A stretch of 64,000 nt of DNA. Origin: an uncultured delta proteobacterium. Lineage in GTDB: Bacteria; Desulfobacterota; Desulfobacteria; Desulfobacterales; SG8-13. Within the stretch, counting starts at the first letter, position 1; each line of letters begins with the position of its first letter. This document shows positions 1 to 9,557 of the stretch, one piece after another. Position numbers and translations under genes: made by a program. The notes under the pieces are model-generated. The model had not been told where the DNA came from. It did not search any database and saw nothing but the letters and a program-made list of their open reading frames with translations. The DNA lies in assembly GCA_963848135.1 (NCBI GenBank), contig CAWKCK010000017.1, forward strand, positions 1,148,538-1,212,537, read 5' to 3'.

Positions 1-3000
1 TTCCACACCCCTGGCACATAAGCGGGTTAACGATCACCTTCTGCTGATCGACATCCAGCATGCGGGCGCCGTAAGGACAGGCATCGATGCACCACTCGCA
101 AAGACTGCAGAGACTGTGACGCACAAGGGCGACAACTTTGCCGGCCGGCAGGTTCTTGCGGTTCAGGATTCGCAGGGAGCGTTGGGCCGCGGCCTCGGCG
201 GTGGCGATCGATTCGGCGATCGAACGGGGCGAATGTGCCAGACCGCAAGCGAAGACGCCCTCCTTGAGCGCATCGACCGGTCGCCACTTCGACTCGGCTT
301 CCTGGAAGAACCCATCCATGTCGCGGTCAATTCCATAGGTGGTAGCAAGATCGGCCGGAAAATTCGGAAGAACGCCCGTGGCCAGAACAAGCAGATCGGT
401 GCTGATCTCGATCTTCCGGCCGATGATCGGTTCGAACACGCTCACCGTTACCGCGCCTTGGTTGATTGCGACCCGCGGTTTGCTTTCCGGACTGTACTGG
501 ATGAAGTCGATGTCGCTTTTGCGCGCCTGGGTGTAATAAGTCTCCGCAAAACCATAGGTCATCATGTCGCGATACAGGACATACACGGCGATGTCTGGAT
601 TCTGCGCTTTCATCTGCAGAGCGTGCTTGAGAGCAGACGCGCAACACACACGGCTGCAGTAATTGCGCGGTTCTTCGCGCGAGTCGACACACTGGATCAT
701 GACCACGTTGTCGAGGCCATGAGGATCGATGGAGCGGTCAGCCAATTTCTGTTCCAGTTCCTTTTGGGTGATGATGGCCGGACAGGTGCCGAAACCGTAT
801 GATGTCGTGGGAGCCTCGTCACCGCCGGTGGCCAGAATCGTGACGCCGTGCTCGAGTGTCTCGACCTTGCCCTCCGGATTTTCAATCGTCGTGTAAAACT
901 GCCCCACATGTCCATAGGCGGCCACAACACGGTTGCCGGTGCGGACCGACACCAGCGGATGTTTATCCACCCTCTGTTCGGTTTCTGCCAGCAAGTCCGG
1001 GATCGCCTGCCCCTCTAATGTCTGTTTGAGCCAAATCAGGTTGCCACCGAGTCGATCGGCCTTCTCGATGATCTCCACCGGGAACCCGTGCTCGGCGATC
1101 GCCAGGGCCGCCGTCATGCCAGCAATACCGCCCCCCACCACCAGGGCGCACTGCTGAATCGGCACCGACACCGTCGGTGACGGATCGATGCGCTTCAGGC
1201 GGGCCAACCCCATTTCCAGTAAAGAATGCAGGCGGTTTACTGAGGGGCCGACTTTCGCCTGGGACGGCTGCACGTCGGCGTCCGGCGCCACGTTCAGCGA
1301 GCGGATATCCACCACGTCCATCAAAGACGGATAAAGGCCGACTTCTCGGGCCAACTGTCTGATATTACGGGCATACACATACGGCAGGCAGGCACCGATC
1401 AGAACCCGATTCGGCTGGCGGCTCTTCACACGTTCGACCAACTCATCCCATCCCGCGGCTGTACAGGTTCTGTCGATGACCTCCACCCCCACAACCATTG
1501 GATCGGCAGCCACCTGCCTTCTCAGGTTATCCACCACAGAGGCTTCCGCCAGGGTCCCGTCGCAGGCACAGATAATGACAAGGATTTGGGGCACCTCCCG
1601 CGAAACGTCTCTCAACGTTGTCTCGGTTTCTGGCTCGGGAGCCAGCCCGCCGCCGGCGCCGTGAATGGTCCGCGAGGCCGCAAGCGCAGCAGCGGACGCC
1701 TGCGTGACCGATTCGCCGATGTCCTTCAACCCTGAAAAAGAGCCCCCCAGCAGAACCCCGTCACGCGACGTTTGCGTGAGAGAAAACGGCACCGTCTGTC
1801 CAAAGCCCCAGCTGTTTAAAGGGATGTCGAGCATCTCGGCCAATGCCACCGAACCGGCCGCCGGTCGCTGCCCGACAGCCAGGACCACCATGTCCTGACG
1901 GGATTCATGCACATGGCCACCGGTGTCGACATATCGGATGATCAGGTCGCCGCTGCCGTCGTCATGCATCACCGAATGAACCCGTCCCCTTTCGAAACGG
2001 ACGCCACATTCGGCTTCCGCCCGATCGCGGTAGCGCTGGAACGGCTTCCCGAAGGTGCGCATATCCATGTAAAAAATAGTGGTTTCGAGAGCACCGACGG
2101 TTTTCTCCCTGGCCACAACGGCTTCTTTGATGGCCGTCATGCAGCAGATATTGGAGCAGAAATCGGCATCGGACTGCAGGTCTCGCGAGCCGACACATTG
2201 AACCCAGGCCACCTTGCGAACCGGCCGCTCATCCCCAGGTCGCACCAGGCGGCCGTCGCTGGGGCCGGTACCGCTGAAGATCCTTTCGAACGCCAGGCTG
2301 GTGACGACCCCCGGCAGGATGCCGTAGCCGAAAGTGTTTTTGCCTTGCGAGGGATCGTAATAAGACGTCCCGCCGCACAGCACCAGGGCGCCGACGTTCA
2401 GACGGCGTCCCTTGGTAGCCTCCACATCCTCATAGATCCTGAGGATCATGGGTATCAGCTTGTCCGGATCGAAAGGTTTGACCAAGTAGTCGAAGGCACC
2501 GGTTTTCATGGCCTCGACGGCGGTCTCCACCGTCGCATAGGCCGTCATCATCACCACACACAAATCGGGGTAGACCTCCTTGGCTTTTTGCAGAACTTCC
2601 ACTCCGTCCATGCCGGGCATCTTGATATCGGTCAGCATGAGGTGATAGGCACCGTCGGCCAACTGTTTCAGCGCAGCGGGCCCGGATTCGGCCATATCGA
2701 CCGAAAACCCCTCGTCTTCGAGCCAGGCCTTCAAGGAGTCACGCACAATCAGTTCGTCGTCCACCACCAGAATGCGGAATGTCTTGCGTTCCTGCTCGGA
2801 AAGCCGGATGGCAGCGGTCGGACACACAGTTTCGCAAGCACCACAGCGGGTACAGGCGCTGAAATCGATTACATACGGGTTCGGTATGGCGTGAGGCACC
2901 GGCAGGTAGATGGCTTTACGGCTGGCCATCCCGAAGTTGAAGGCGTCCGGGACCGTCACCGGACAAACCTTCGCGCAGTCGCCGCACCCAATGCACAGCG

Positions 3001-3346
3001 CCGGATCCACCCAGCTCGGTTTCTGGCGCAGCATCACTTCGAAATTGCCGGCCTCGCCCTCTATGGATATCAGTTCGGTGGACAGCAGAATCTCGATGTT
3101 TTCGTGGAACAATCCCTTGCGGAGGCAATACTGGGAAGATGCGTCGCGATCGACTAACGGCAGCATCTTGCACATGCCGCAGCGATCCGTGGGAAACTGA
3201 TAGTCCAACTGACTGAGAATCCCGCCCAGATGGGGTGCACGGTCGATCAGAGTGACCCCGTATCCGGTTTCGGCCAGATCAAGTGCCGCACGAATGCCGC
3301 TGATGCCGGCACCGACAACCAAAGCGCTTCCAATTTTCCTTGGCAT
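1..3346 (-). CDS. hdrA: Tandem (double FAD-domain) HdrA-family flavoprotein with an inserted response-regulator receiver domain; 3' end beyond window (at least 1115 aa)
   Basis: Manual translation from ATG 3346 (GGAGG RBS): MPRKIGSALVVGAGISG, FPTDRCGMC, CIGCGDCAKVCP, CTRCGACETVCP, then REC (RILVVDDE...LTDIKMPGMDG...MMTAY...LVKPF), QCVGSRD..CSNICCM, second GGGIAG, QCVDSRE..CSRVCC, C-terminal CSLCEWCIDACP/CQGCG. Start and end are in the same frame and the ORF track shows no stop-terminated ORF in it, so it is open to position 1. Confidence 0.93.
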   Translation of the reverse strand, partial: MPRKIGSALVVGAGISGIRAALDLAETGYGVTLIDRAPHLGGILSQLDYQFPTDRCGMCKMLPLVDRDASSQYCLRKGLFHENIEILLSTELISIEGEAGNFEVMLRQKPSWVDPALCIGCGDCAKVCPVTVPDAFNFGMASRKAIYLPVPHAIPNPYVIDFSACTRCGACETVCPTAAIRLSEQERKTFRILVVDDELIVRDSLKAWLEDEGFSVDMAESGPAALKQLADGAYHLMLTDIKMPGMDGVEVLQKAKEVYPDLCVVMMTAYATVETAVEAMKTGAFDYLVKPFDPDKLIPMILRIYEDVEATKGRRLNVGALVLCGGTSYYDPSQGKNTFGYGILPGVVTSLAFERIFSGTGPSDGRLVRPGDERPVRKVAWVQCVGSRDLQSDADFCSNICCMTAIKEAVVAREKTVGALETTIFYMDMRTFGKPFQRYRDRAEAECGVRFERGRVHSVMHDDGSGDLIIRYVDTGGHVHESRQDMVVLAVGQRPAAGSVALAEMLDIPLNSWGFGQTVPFSLTQTSRDGVLLGGSFSGLKDIGESVTQASAAALAASRTIHGAGGGLAPEPETETTLRDVSREVPQILVIICACDGTLAEASVVDNLRRQVAADPMVVGVEVIDRTCTAAGWDELVERVKSRQPNRVLIGACLPYVYARNIRQLAREVGLYPSLMDVVDIRSLNVAPDADVQPSQAKVGPSVNRLHSLLEMGLARLKRIDPSPTVSVPIQQCALVVGGGIAGMTAALAIAEHGFPVEIIEKADRLGGNLIWLKQTLEGQAIPDLLAETEQRVDKHPLVSVRTGNRVVAAYGHVGQFYTTIENPEGKVETLEHGVTILATGGDEAPTTSYGFGTCPAIITQKELEQKLADRSIDPHGLDNVVMIQCVDSREEPRNYCSRVCCASALKHALQMKAQNPDIAVYVLYRDMMTYGFAETYYTQARKSDIDFIQYSPESKPRVAINQGAVTVSVFEPIIGRKIEISTDLLVLATGVLPNFPADLATTYGIDRDMDGFFQEAESKWRPVDALKEGVFACGLAHSPRSIAESIATAEAAAQRSLRILNRKNLPAGKVVALVRHSLCSLCEWCIDACPYGARMLDVDQQKVIVNPLMCQGCG

Positions 3347-3358
3347 AAAAGCCTCCGA

Positions 3359-3486
3359 GTTTGGGCCCGTTGGGCCTTGTCCGTTGAGCCGGTTTGAGCC
3401 CGTTAGCCCGATATTTCCTTTGCGTCCGCTTGACCTGCTACCGCCTAAACTGGTTCAACCGGCTCTAACCGGCTAAACGGATTAAC
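3359..3486. repeat. Inverted arrays of 8-10 nt degenerate repeats (GTT(T)GRGCCS facing SGGCYCAAC)
   Basis: gttgggcc/gttgagccg/gtttgagccc/gttagccc on the left, tggttcaac/cggctctaac/cggctaaac on the right; intergenic. Confidence 0.7.
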
Positions 3487-4624
3487 CAATCCCAACGACC
3501 TCGTTAAATTCGTTCTCCCTGAACTCGGACAGCGGCGGTTTTTCTTCGACACTGCGGCCGGCGGCGTAATCGAATGCCTGCTGGGTACCATGAGCGACTG
3601 TCCGAAGGAGTTCCATCACCGGAATATCGTTGGGACATGCGTTGGAACACTGACCACAGCCCACACAGGCCGTACTCATGTGCGCCAGGCGGGTGAGGTG
3701 ATAAAAAATCGTGTCGGTCGGCATCTTTATCACCCCTTTGCGCTGGGCCCATTGCAGATACTGAATCGGCTCGTGGTTGAACACATCCGTAACGAAGACA
3801 CATTCCTTGCAGTAACACACGGGGCAGGCCACCCGGCAGTTGTAGCAGTTGACGCAGCCGGCCAGATAGGCAGTCAGCCCTTCCAGGTCTTGCACGGCGT
3901 GACCGGTCGCGCTGAACATCTCGTCGCGATAGGCGCTGCGCCTGGAAACAAGCGCAGCGATGACCGCTTCGCGGTTTTCCGCATTTGGAGCCGGCGGCAA
4001 TTCCAACCGGTTCAACAGATGGCTCCCCTTTTTAGTTTGGGACTGCAGCAAGAGGTGGTCGTCAACATCGACGCCCAGCAGCCCGATGACGATATCGGCG
4101 CCCTCGGCCACCGGATATTCACACGCCCGGCAGGCCGGGGCGATATCGATTCCTTCTTTTGTCCCGGTTTGGCCGGTCAGCGCATTACGGCAGAAATCGA
4201 GACTCGATGGCGCGGTATCGCCTTCGGCAAGCCTGAGATAGTCTGCATTGCCAAAAGCCCCCAGGCAGTCAATTCCCAGAATGACCAGCTCATCCAGACG
4301 CCCCTGCTTTAGTTTGACCAGTTCGATGAAGGCGCGGATTTCACAGGGACGAATGACCACAGCAATGGTTCCGCCGACCGGTTTGCGCGAAAGTTTCGAC
4401 ACCACCTTGGCAGCGTTCATCGGAAACACCGGCGCCAGCGGATCGATGTCGTCCAGGCGGCTCGGATCCGTGATCAACGTCGGCATCACCATCTGCTTCA
4501 TGGGCAATCGGCTGGGAACGAGCAGCGCCTTGATGTCGTCGAGCCGTAAAATCGATCCAAAAAATTGCCTCAAAGCCGCCAGAAGGTCCTGATCTTTCAC
4601 ATCGATTCTTGCTGAAGCCATCAT
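3482..4624 (-). CDS. FdhB/FrhB-family iron-sulfur protein (F420-reducing beta-subunit-like N-terminus plus 4Fe-4S dicluster)
   Basis: RPCEIRA, GIDCLG, CVNCYNCRVACPVCYCKEC, CVGCGQCSNACP; follows mvhD. Confidence 0.8.
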   Translation of the reverse strand: MMASARIDVKDQDLLAALRQFFGSILRLDDIKALLVPSRLPMKQMVMPTLITDPSRLDDIDPLAPVFPMNAAKVVSKLSRKPVGGTIAVVIRPCEIRAFIELVKLKQGRLDELVILGIDCLGAFGNADYLRLAEGDTAPSSLDFCRNALTGQTGTKEGIDIAPACRACEYPVAEGADIVIGLLGVDVDDHLLLQSQTKKGSHLLNRLELPPAPNAENREAVIAALVSRRSAYRDEMFSATGHAVQDLEGLTAYLAGCVNCYNCRVACPVCYCKECVFVTDVFNHEPIQYLQWAQRKGVIKMPTDTIFYHLTRLAHMSTACVGCGQCSNACPNDIPVMELLRTVAHGTQQAFDYAAGRSVEEKPPLSEFRENEFNEVVGIG

Positions 4625-4689
4625 GTTGTTGATCCTTTTGCTTTTACTTCCATTTAATTTTATGCCGCGCCACCAAGCGCGGCATAAAA

Positions 4690-5112
4690 TTAAATCACCA
4701 TCTTTAGTTTGGCTGGGGACGGCCCGAGCGTCTTCACCTGGGCCACCAGCCCGCGCATGGTTTCGGCAAACTGAATGCCGTCGCTGGCACCGATCCAGGT
4801 CAACCGGAGCCGTTCGGGTTCAAAGCCGAACCGGGGTAAAATCTCCTTCAGCAGTTTGATCCGGCGCCGGGCTTTGAAATTGCCGTTGATGTAATGGCAA
4901 TCCCCAGGATGGCACCCACTCACCAACACGCCGTCAGCCCCCTCCAGCAGCGCCTTGATGATGTACTGCGGGTCGACCATGCCGGTGCACATCACCCGGA
5001 TCATTCTGACGTTGCGGGGATAGGTCTGCCGGGACGTGCCGGCCAGATCTGCAGCTGTGTAAGTGCACCAGTTGCACACAAAAGCAATGATGGTTGGTTC
5101 GAAATCTGTCAT
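4690..5112 (-). CDS. mvhD: MvhD/FlpD [2Fe-2S] subunit
   Basis: AFVCNWCTY, RVMCTG, GCHPGDCHY; ATG 5112 with GAGGTG RBS. Confidence 0.93.
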   Translation of the reverse strand: MTDFEPTIIAFVCNWCTYTAADLAGTSRQTYPRNVRMIRVMCTGMVDPQYIIKALLEGADGVLVSGCHPGDCHYINGNFKARRRIKLLKEILPRFGFEPERLRLTWIGASDGIQFAETMRGLVAQVKTLGPSPAKLKMVI

Positions 5113-5144
5113 TGAGAGCACCTCTTTTTCTGGTGGATTTATTC

Positions 5145-5179
5145 GCCCACGGGCCTAACGGGCCCAACCGGCTAACTGG
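5145..5179. repeat. Short tandem array of the same unit as 3359-3486
   Basis: gggcctaac gggcccaac cggctaac. Confidence 0.55.
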
Positions 5180-5375
5180 TGTCCATCCGGGTATTCATTA
5201 ATGACAATGATCAGTTTCCGATCCAGAAATGTGCAATTTTCCGCAAGTTCAAGGAAATCGGCGGCATTGCGCGGGGGCATACTTTTGTATGCCGCACAAG
5301 CGATTCCGCGATTGACGCCGACCTGTCCCGAACCAGGCGGGGAATTGTGAAAAAGGGCCATTTCTGGACGGAAAC

Positions 5376-8300
5376 TCATCGTCCCACCTTGGCGATGGCA
5401 TCCATGATGCCGTCGATCTCTGCAAAGATCTGCTGGCTTTTGAAATGTCGGCTGCGGGCGGCATCGCTGGGACAAAACCCGGAACAACTCCCGCATCCCT
5501 TGCAAACCGCCGGATTCACTTCGGACACCCCCGTGCGCTCGTTGAATTCAATGGCACCATACGGGCAGAGACCGATGCAGACCTGGCAGCCAATGCAGAT
5601 ATCCGGATCGATCCACGAAATGGTGGGCGGCACCTCGACCTTACCGAGTGTTGCCAGGGACAGGGCCTTGGCGGCCGCGCCTGACGCCTGGGAAACCGTA
5701 TCCGGAATGTCCATCGGCTTTTGGCAGCACCCGGCCAGGAAAACCCCGTCGGTGGCCGTGTTAAGGGGTCCCAGCTTGGGATGCTCTTCGAGGAAAAATC
5801 CATCGGCACCCTGGTTGACGCCGAAAAGCCTTCCGATGTCGCCGGCATCACTGCGCGCCTCTATGGCGGTGCACAATACCACCATGTCCACCGGCACCCG
5901 CACCCGGCGACTCAACAAAGTGTCTTCAGCAATGGCGATCAATTTACCCCGCTCTTCGGGCCGCATGGCCTGGTCGGTGATCTCGGCAACTTTGCCCCGG
6001 ATGAAAATCGTGCCCTCTTCCTGGCAACGGCGATAGAATTCCTCGTACCCTTTGCCGAAGCAACGCATATCGATGTAAAAATCGTAGACTTTGGTGTCAT
6101 GACCGACTTTTTCCTTGATCAAATGCGTGTATTTCAACGCATACATACAGCACACTCTTGAACAATATTCGTGGTAATTGACATCGCGGCTGCCGATGCA
6201 ATGCAACAGGGCCACACTCCGGGGCGACCGTGTCAACGCGCCGTTCTCGTCTCGAATCCGGATTTTCCCTCCGGTAGGACCGGTGGCATTGCTCAGGCGC
6301 TCAAACTCCAGGGCCGTAAAAACGTTGGGGTAGACGCCGTAACCAAAAGGTTTCATCGGCGTTGGATCCATAGTGTCATAGCCGGTGGCCAGGATGATAC
6401 TGCCCACTTTGACCTGAACTTCCTCCTCCCGCATTCCGTGATCGATGGCAACCGCTTCGCAGGCGCCCACACACGCCATACAGTCGCAGCAAATACCGCA
6501 GTTCAGGCAGCGCCGGGCCTCTCGACGGGCGTCGGCTTCCGTGAAGCTGCGATCGACCTCGGCAAAAGAGCCAACCCTTTCGGTGGCTTCCAAATGACGG
6601 GATTGCAGGCGCATTTCCGGACCAATGTTGCGGGGAATGTCTGCCCAATCGGTGCCGGGCAGCGGCCGCATCTCCATCTCGGCGGCATAGGCGTCCAGGT
6701 CTTCCCCGTCGATGAAACGCTCGATCGCCGCCACCGCCTTGTGGCCGGCCGCCACCGCCTCGATCACCGAGGCCGGACCTGAAACCACATCGCCGGCCGC
6801 AAACACATTCGGAATCGAGGTTTGCATGGTGTGCGGATGAACCCGGATCGTGTTGCGTCGGGTGGCATCGATTCCGGAACTGTCCGCCGCCCAGTTAAGA
6901 TCGATCCTTTGGCCGATGGCCGGCAGGACCGCATCGCACGCCATTACGAATTCGGAGCCTTCGACTGGCACGGGGCGTCGTCGCCCGCTGGCATCCGGCG
7001 GGCCGAGTTCCGTCCGAATGCACTCGAACCCAGTTACACGTCCGTCCTTCCCGACAATCCGCAACGGGGCGGTCAGGTAATGAATTTGCACGCCTTCGGC
7101 CAGGGCATCCTGGATCTCCTCAGGGTAAGCCGGCATTTCTTCACGGCTGCGCCGATAAACGATCGCCACCGATTCGCTCCCCAGGCGCTTGGCGACCCGG
7201 GCTGCATCCACCGCCACATTGCCGCCGCCGATGAACACGACCGTGTCTCCGGGGCGCCTGCGGGATCCCAAATTGACTTCCCGCAGGAAATCGATGGCAT
7301 TGGTTACCCCGTCAAAGTCGTCTTCCCCCGCGATGCCGGTGCCGAGGCCCAGGTGGGCACCGATGGCCAGAAAGACAGCGTTGAATCCCTGTTGCTCGAG
7401 ATCCGTCAAAGTGAAATCACGTCCCAGCCGTTTTCCAGTTTGAACCTTTATTCCATGGCGTAGGAGATGGTCGATCTCACGGTCCAGAATATCGGGGGGT
7501 AGGCGATAGTCCGGTATCCCAACCCGGAGCATGCCGCCCAACACCTCGAGCGCCTCGTAAACAGTAACTTGGTACCCTTTCAACCTCAGGTAATATGCCA
7601 CCGTCAATCCGGCCGGTCCGGAACCGACCACCGCGACCTTTTCCTTGCGCTCGCTGATCGCAGGCAGGGGCAGTTCGGACAAATCGACCTGGTCGGCGGC
7701 AAAGCGCTTCAAGTTGCGGATGGCGACCGCCGTATCGATCTCCGCCCGCCGGCACTGGGTCTCACAGGGATGCGGGCACACCCGCCCGAGAACACCGGGC
7801 AGCGGCAGCCGCTCCATGATCAATTGCACGGCCTGCCTGTATTTGCCCTGGCCGATCAGCTGGACATACCCCTGGACATTGATACTGGCCGGACAGTTCG
7901 TCACACAGGGCGCGCGGTCTTTTTTTTCGATATTGAAGGTAATCGGAATGGCCTGAGGGAAAGCCCTTCCGATGGCTTTGCGCTCCCCCAGCCCCACATC
8001 CCATTCATTGGGCAGTGAGACCGGGCAGACGTTGACGCACTCACCGCAACCGGTACAAATACCCTCTTTGACGTAGCGCGGTTTTCTGTGGATGGTGGCG
8101 GTATAGTTGCCGATGTATCCGGAAACCTCTTTGACCTCGCTGTAGGACAGCAGCTCGATGTTTGCATTCTGGGCCACTTCGACCATTTTGGGGGTACCGA
8201 TGCAAGCGGCGCAGTCGAGGGTGGGGAAGGTCTTGTCGAACTGGAGCATGTGCCCACCGATGGTGGTCCCTTTTTCTACCAGATACACCTTGTGCCCGGA

Positions 8301-8786
8301 ATTACCGATATCGATGGCGGCCTGCATTCCGGCTATCCCGCCGCCAACGACCAGCATGTCGGGATAGACGTCGGCCTTACGGGTTTCGAGGCTTTCGTGA
8401 TAGTTGACCCGGTTAATGGCCGCGGCTGTCAGGCTCTTGGCCTTGGCTGTGGCATCGTCTTCGTCTTCGGTGACCCAGGAGACCTGCTCCCTGACGGAGG
8501 CCATCTGGAAGTAATAAGGGTTCAAGCCGGCCCGCTGGCAGGCCGCCATGAAAGTTTTGGCATGCAAACGGGGCGAACAGGAAGCCACCACCACCCGGTT
8601 GAGACCGAAGTCGTGGATGTCTCTTTCGATCATGGCCTGGCCCGGATCGGAGCACATGAATTTGTAATCGCGCGCCACGACGACATTTTGTAATTCACGC
8701 GCGAATGCCGCCACTTCCAAGACCCGCACCTTGTGCGCGATGTTGATCCCGCAGTGGCAGATGTAAAATCCGATTTTTATTTGCAT
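5376..8786 (-). CDS. hdrA: HdrL-type heterodisulfide reductase A with an inserted GltD/NfnB-like NAD(P)H oxidoreductase module
   Basis: ICHCGIN, FMCS, SCSP, GGGIAG, FPTLDCAAC; insert PCVTNCPA..GRVCPHPCE..GSGPAG..GGGNVA; HCIGSRD..CSRVCCM; C-terminal two 4Fe-4S motifs. Confidence 0.92.
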   Translation of the reverse strand: MQIKIGFYICHCGINIAHKVRVLEVAAFARELQNVVVARDYKFMCSDPGQAMIERDIHDFGLNRVVVASCSPRLHAKTFMAACQRAGLNPYYFQMASVREQVSWVTEDEDDATAKAKSLTAAAINRVNYHESLETRKADVYPDMLVVGGGIAGMQAAIDIGNSGHKVYLVEKGTTIGGHMLQFDKTFPTLDCAACIGTPKMVEVAQNANIELLSYSEVKEVSGYIGNYTATIHRKPRYVKEGICTGCGECVNVCPVSLPNEWDVGLGERKAIGRAFPQAIPITFNIEKKDRAPCVTNCPASINVQGYVQLIGQGKYRQAVQLIMERLPLPGVLGRVCPHPCETQCRRAEIDTAVAIRNLKRFAADQVDLSELPLPAISERKEKVAVVGSGPAGLTVAYYLRLKGYQVTVYEALEVLGGMLRVGIPDYRLPPDILDREIDHLLRHGIKVQTGKRLGRDFTLTDLEQQGFNAVFLAIGAHLGLGTGIAGEDDFDGVTNAIDFLREVNLGSRRRPGDTVVFIGGGNVAVDAARVAKRLGSESVAIVYRRSREEMPAYPEEIQDALAEGVQIHYLTAPLRIVGKDGRVTGFECIRTELGPPDASGRRRPVPVEGSEFVMACDAVLPAIGQRIDLNWAADSSGIDATRRNTIRVHPHTMQTSIPNVFAAGDVVSGPASVIEAVAAGHKAVAAIERFIDGEDLDAYAAEMEMRPLPGTDWADIPRNIGPEMRLQSRHLEATERVGSFAEVDRSFTEADARREARRCLNCGICCDCMACVGACEAVAIDHGMREEEVQVKVGSIILATGYDTMDPTPMKPFGYGVYPNVFTALEFERLSNATGPTGGKIRIRDENGALTRSPRSVALLHCIGSRDVNYHEYCSRVCCMYALKYTHLIKEKVGHDTKVYDFYIDMRCFGKGYEEFYRRCQEEGTIFIRGKVAEITDQAMRPEERGKLIAIAEDTLLSRRVRVPVDMVVLCTAIEARSDAGDIGRLFGVNQGADGFFLEEHPKLGPLNTATDGVFLAGCCQKPMDIPDTVSQASGAAAKALSLATLGKVEVPPTISWIDPDICIGCQVCIGLCPYGAIEFNERTGVSEVNPAVCKGCGSCSGFCPSDAARSRHFKSQQIFAEIDGIMDAIAKVGR

Positions 8787-8818
8787 GACCAACCCTATGA
8801 TGGCTATGGACTTTCAGG

Positions 8819-9262
8819 CTAAACCCACTCCTCCGTATCTTCCAAACACTCGCCCGTGTGGGTTAATGAGTGAATAAGCTGCAAGAGTTCATCCGCTTCC
8901 GGCGGTTTTTTCAGGAATGCCTCCGGCTCGGGCATCGCCCCGCCCGAAGCCGATCTCTTGCATTTGAGGTAGTGAAAACAGGTCTTGCGATCAATGGTAG
9001 AGAGCATAATGACCGGAATGTTTTTTAGCTTCTGGTCGGCTTTTAGTTCTCGATACAACAGGGTATGGCTGCCATGATTCCGGATCACGTCGATGATGAT
9101 CAGGTCGGGATCTTCGTCGATGACTTCCTGATAGGTCTCGGAATCACCCTCGGCAATTACCGGCTGGAAACCCCGTGTCTGCAACAAATTGCAGAGGAAG
9201 ATCTGCATCTCCGGTTCGTCGCCTAAAATGAAGATTTTCTTCCGCACAAGTTCCGGAGCCAA
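8819..9262 (-). CDS. Stand-alone, partly degenerate response-regulator receiver protein
   Basis: KKIFILGDE, PDLIIIDVI, IPVIMLST, FLKKP; TTG start after AAGGAGG. Confidence 0.8.
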   Translation of the reverse strand: MAPELVRKKIFILGDEPEMQIFLCNLLQTRGFQPVIAEGDSETYQEVIDEDPDLIIIDVIRNHGSHTLLYRELKADQKLKNIPVIMLSTIDRKTCFHYLKCKRSASGGAMPEPEAFLKKPPEADELLQLIHSLTHTGECLEDTEEWV

Positions 9263-9355
9263 ATCAGCCTCCTTACGCTGGTAATGAATGGACTTTAAAA
9301 GCGGGGGAAAAAAAATTGATTCGCGTTCGATTAATCGAGCATTGAATACCGCTAC

Positions 9356-9372
9356 TGCATGTTATATGCCGT
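9356..9372 (-). promoter_or_regulatory. sigma-54 (-24/-12) promoter of the hdr operon
   Basis: Minus strand acGGcatataacatGCa (GG-N10-GC) about 95 nt before the first gene, with an AT-rich IHF-like tract upstream. Confidence 0.65.
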
Positions 9373-9460
9373 GGCACCTTTATTTTATATATTTCAAATA
9401 ATATCAGAATGTTGTTTAAATTCATGCCCGTCGGCCGCATCATTATGAATCACAACAGGC

Positions 9461-9557
9461 GTTGCAATTTTTGCAACAATTGCTGTCTGAATAAATTTAA
9501 ATTGTTTTTTTTCAATATGTTAAAAATTGCAGCAATGTTGCGCAACATGCATGCAAC
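9461..9557. promoter_or_regulatory. Candidate enhancer (UAS) sites, GTTGCA-N5-TGCAAC palindrome plus further GTTGC/GCAAC half-sites
   Basis: gttgcaatttttgcaac at 9461-9477 and gttgcgcaacatgcatgcaac at 9537-9557, 90-190 bp upstream of the sigma-54 promoter. Confidence 0.5.

Noticed and set aside
1907..3157. 416-aa plus-strand ORF (also 116..802 +)
   Set aside because: Antisense shadow of the receiver-containing HdrA gene; no motifs of its own
4690..5112. Possible selenocysteine in MvhD or HdrA
   Set aside because: The positions that can be Sec are Cys here (CNWC, DCAAC) and no in-frame TGA interrupts the frames
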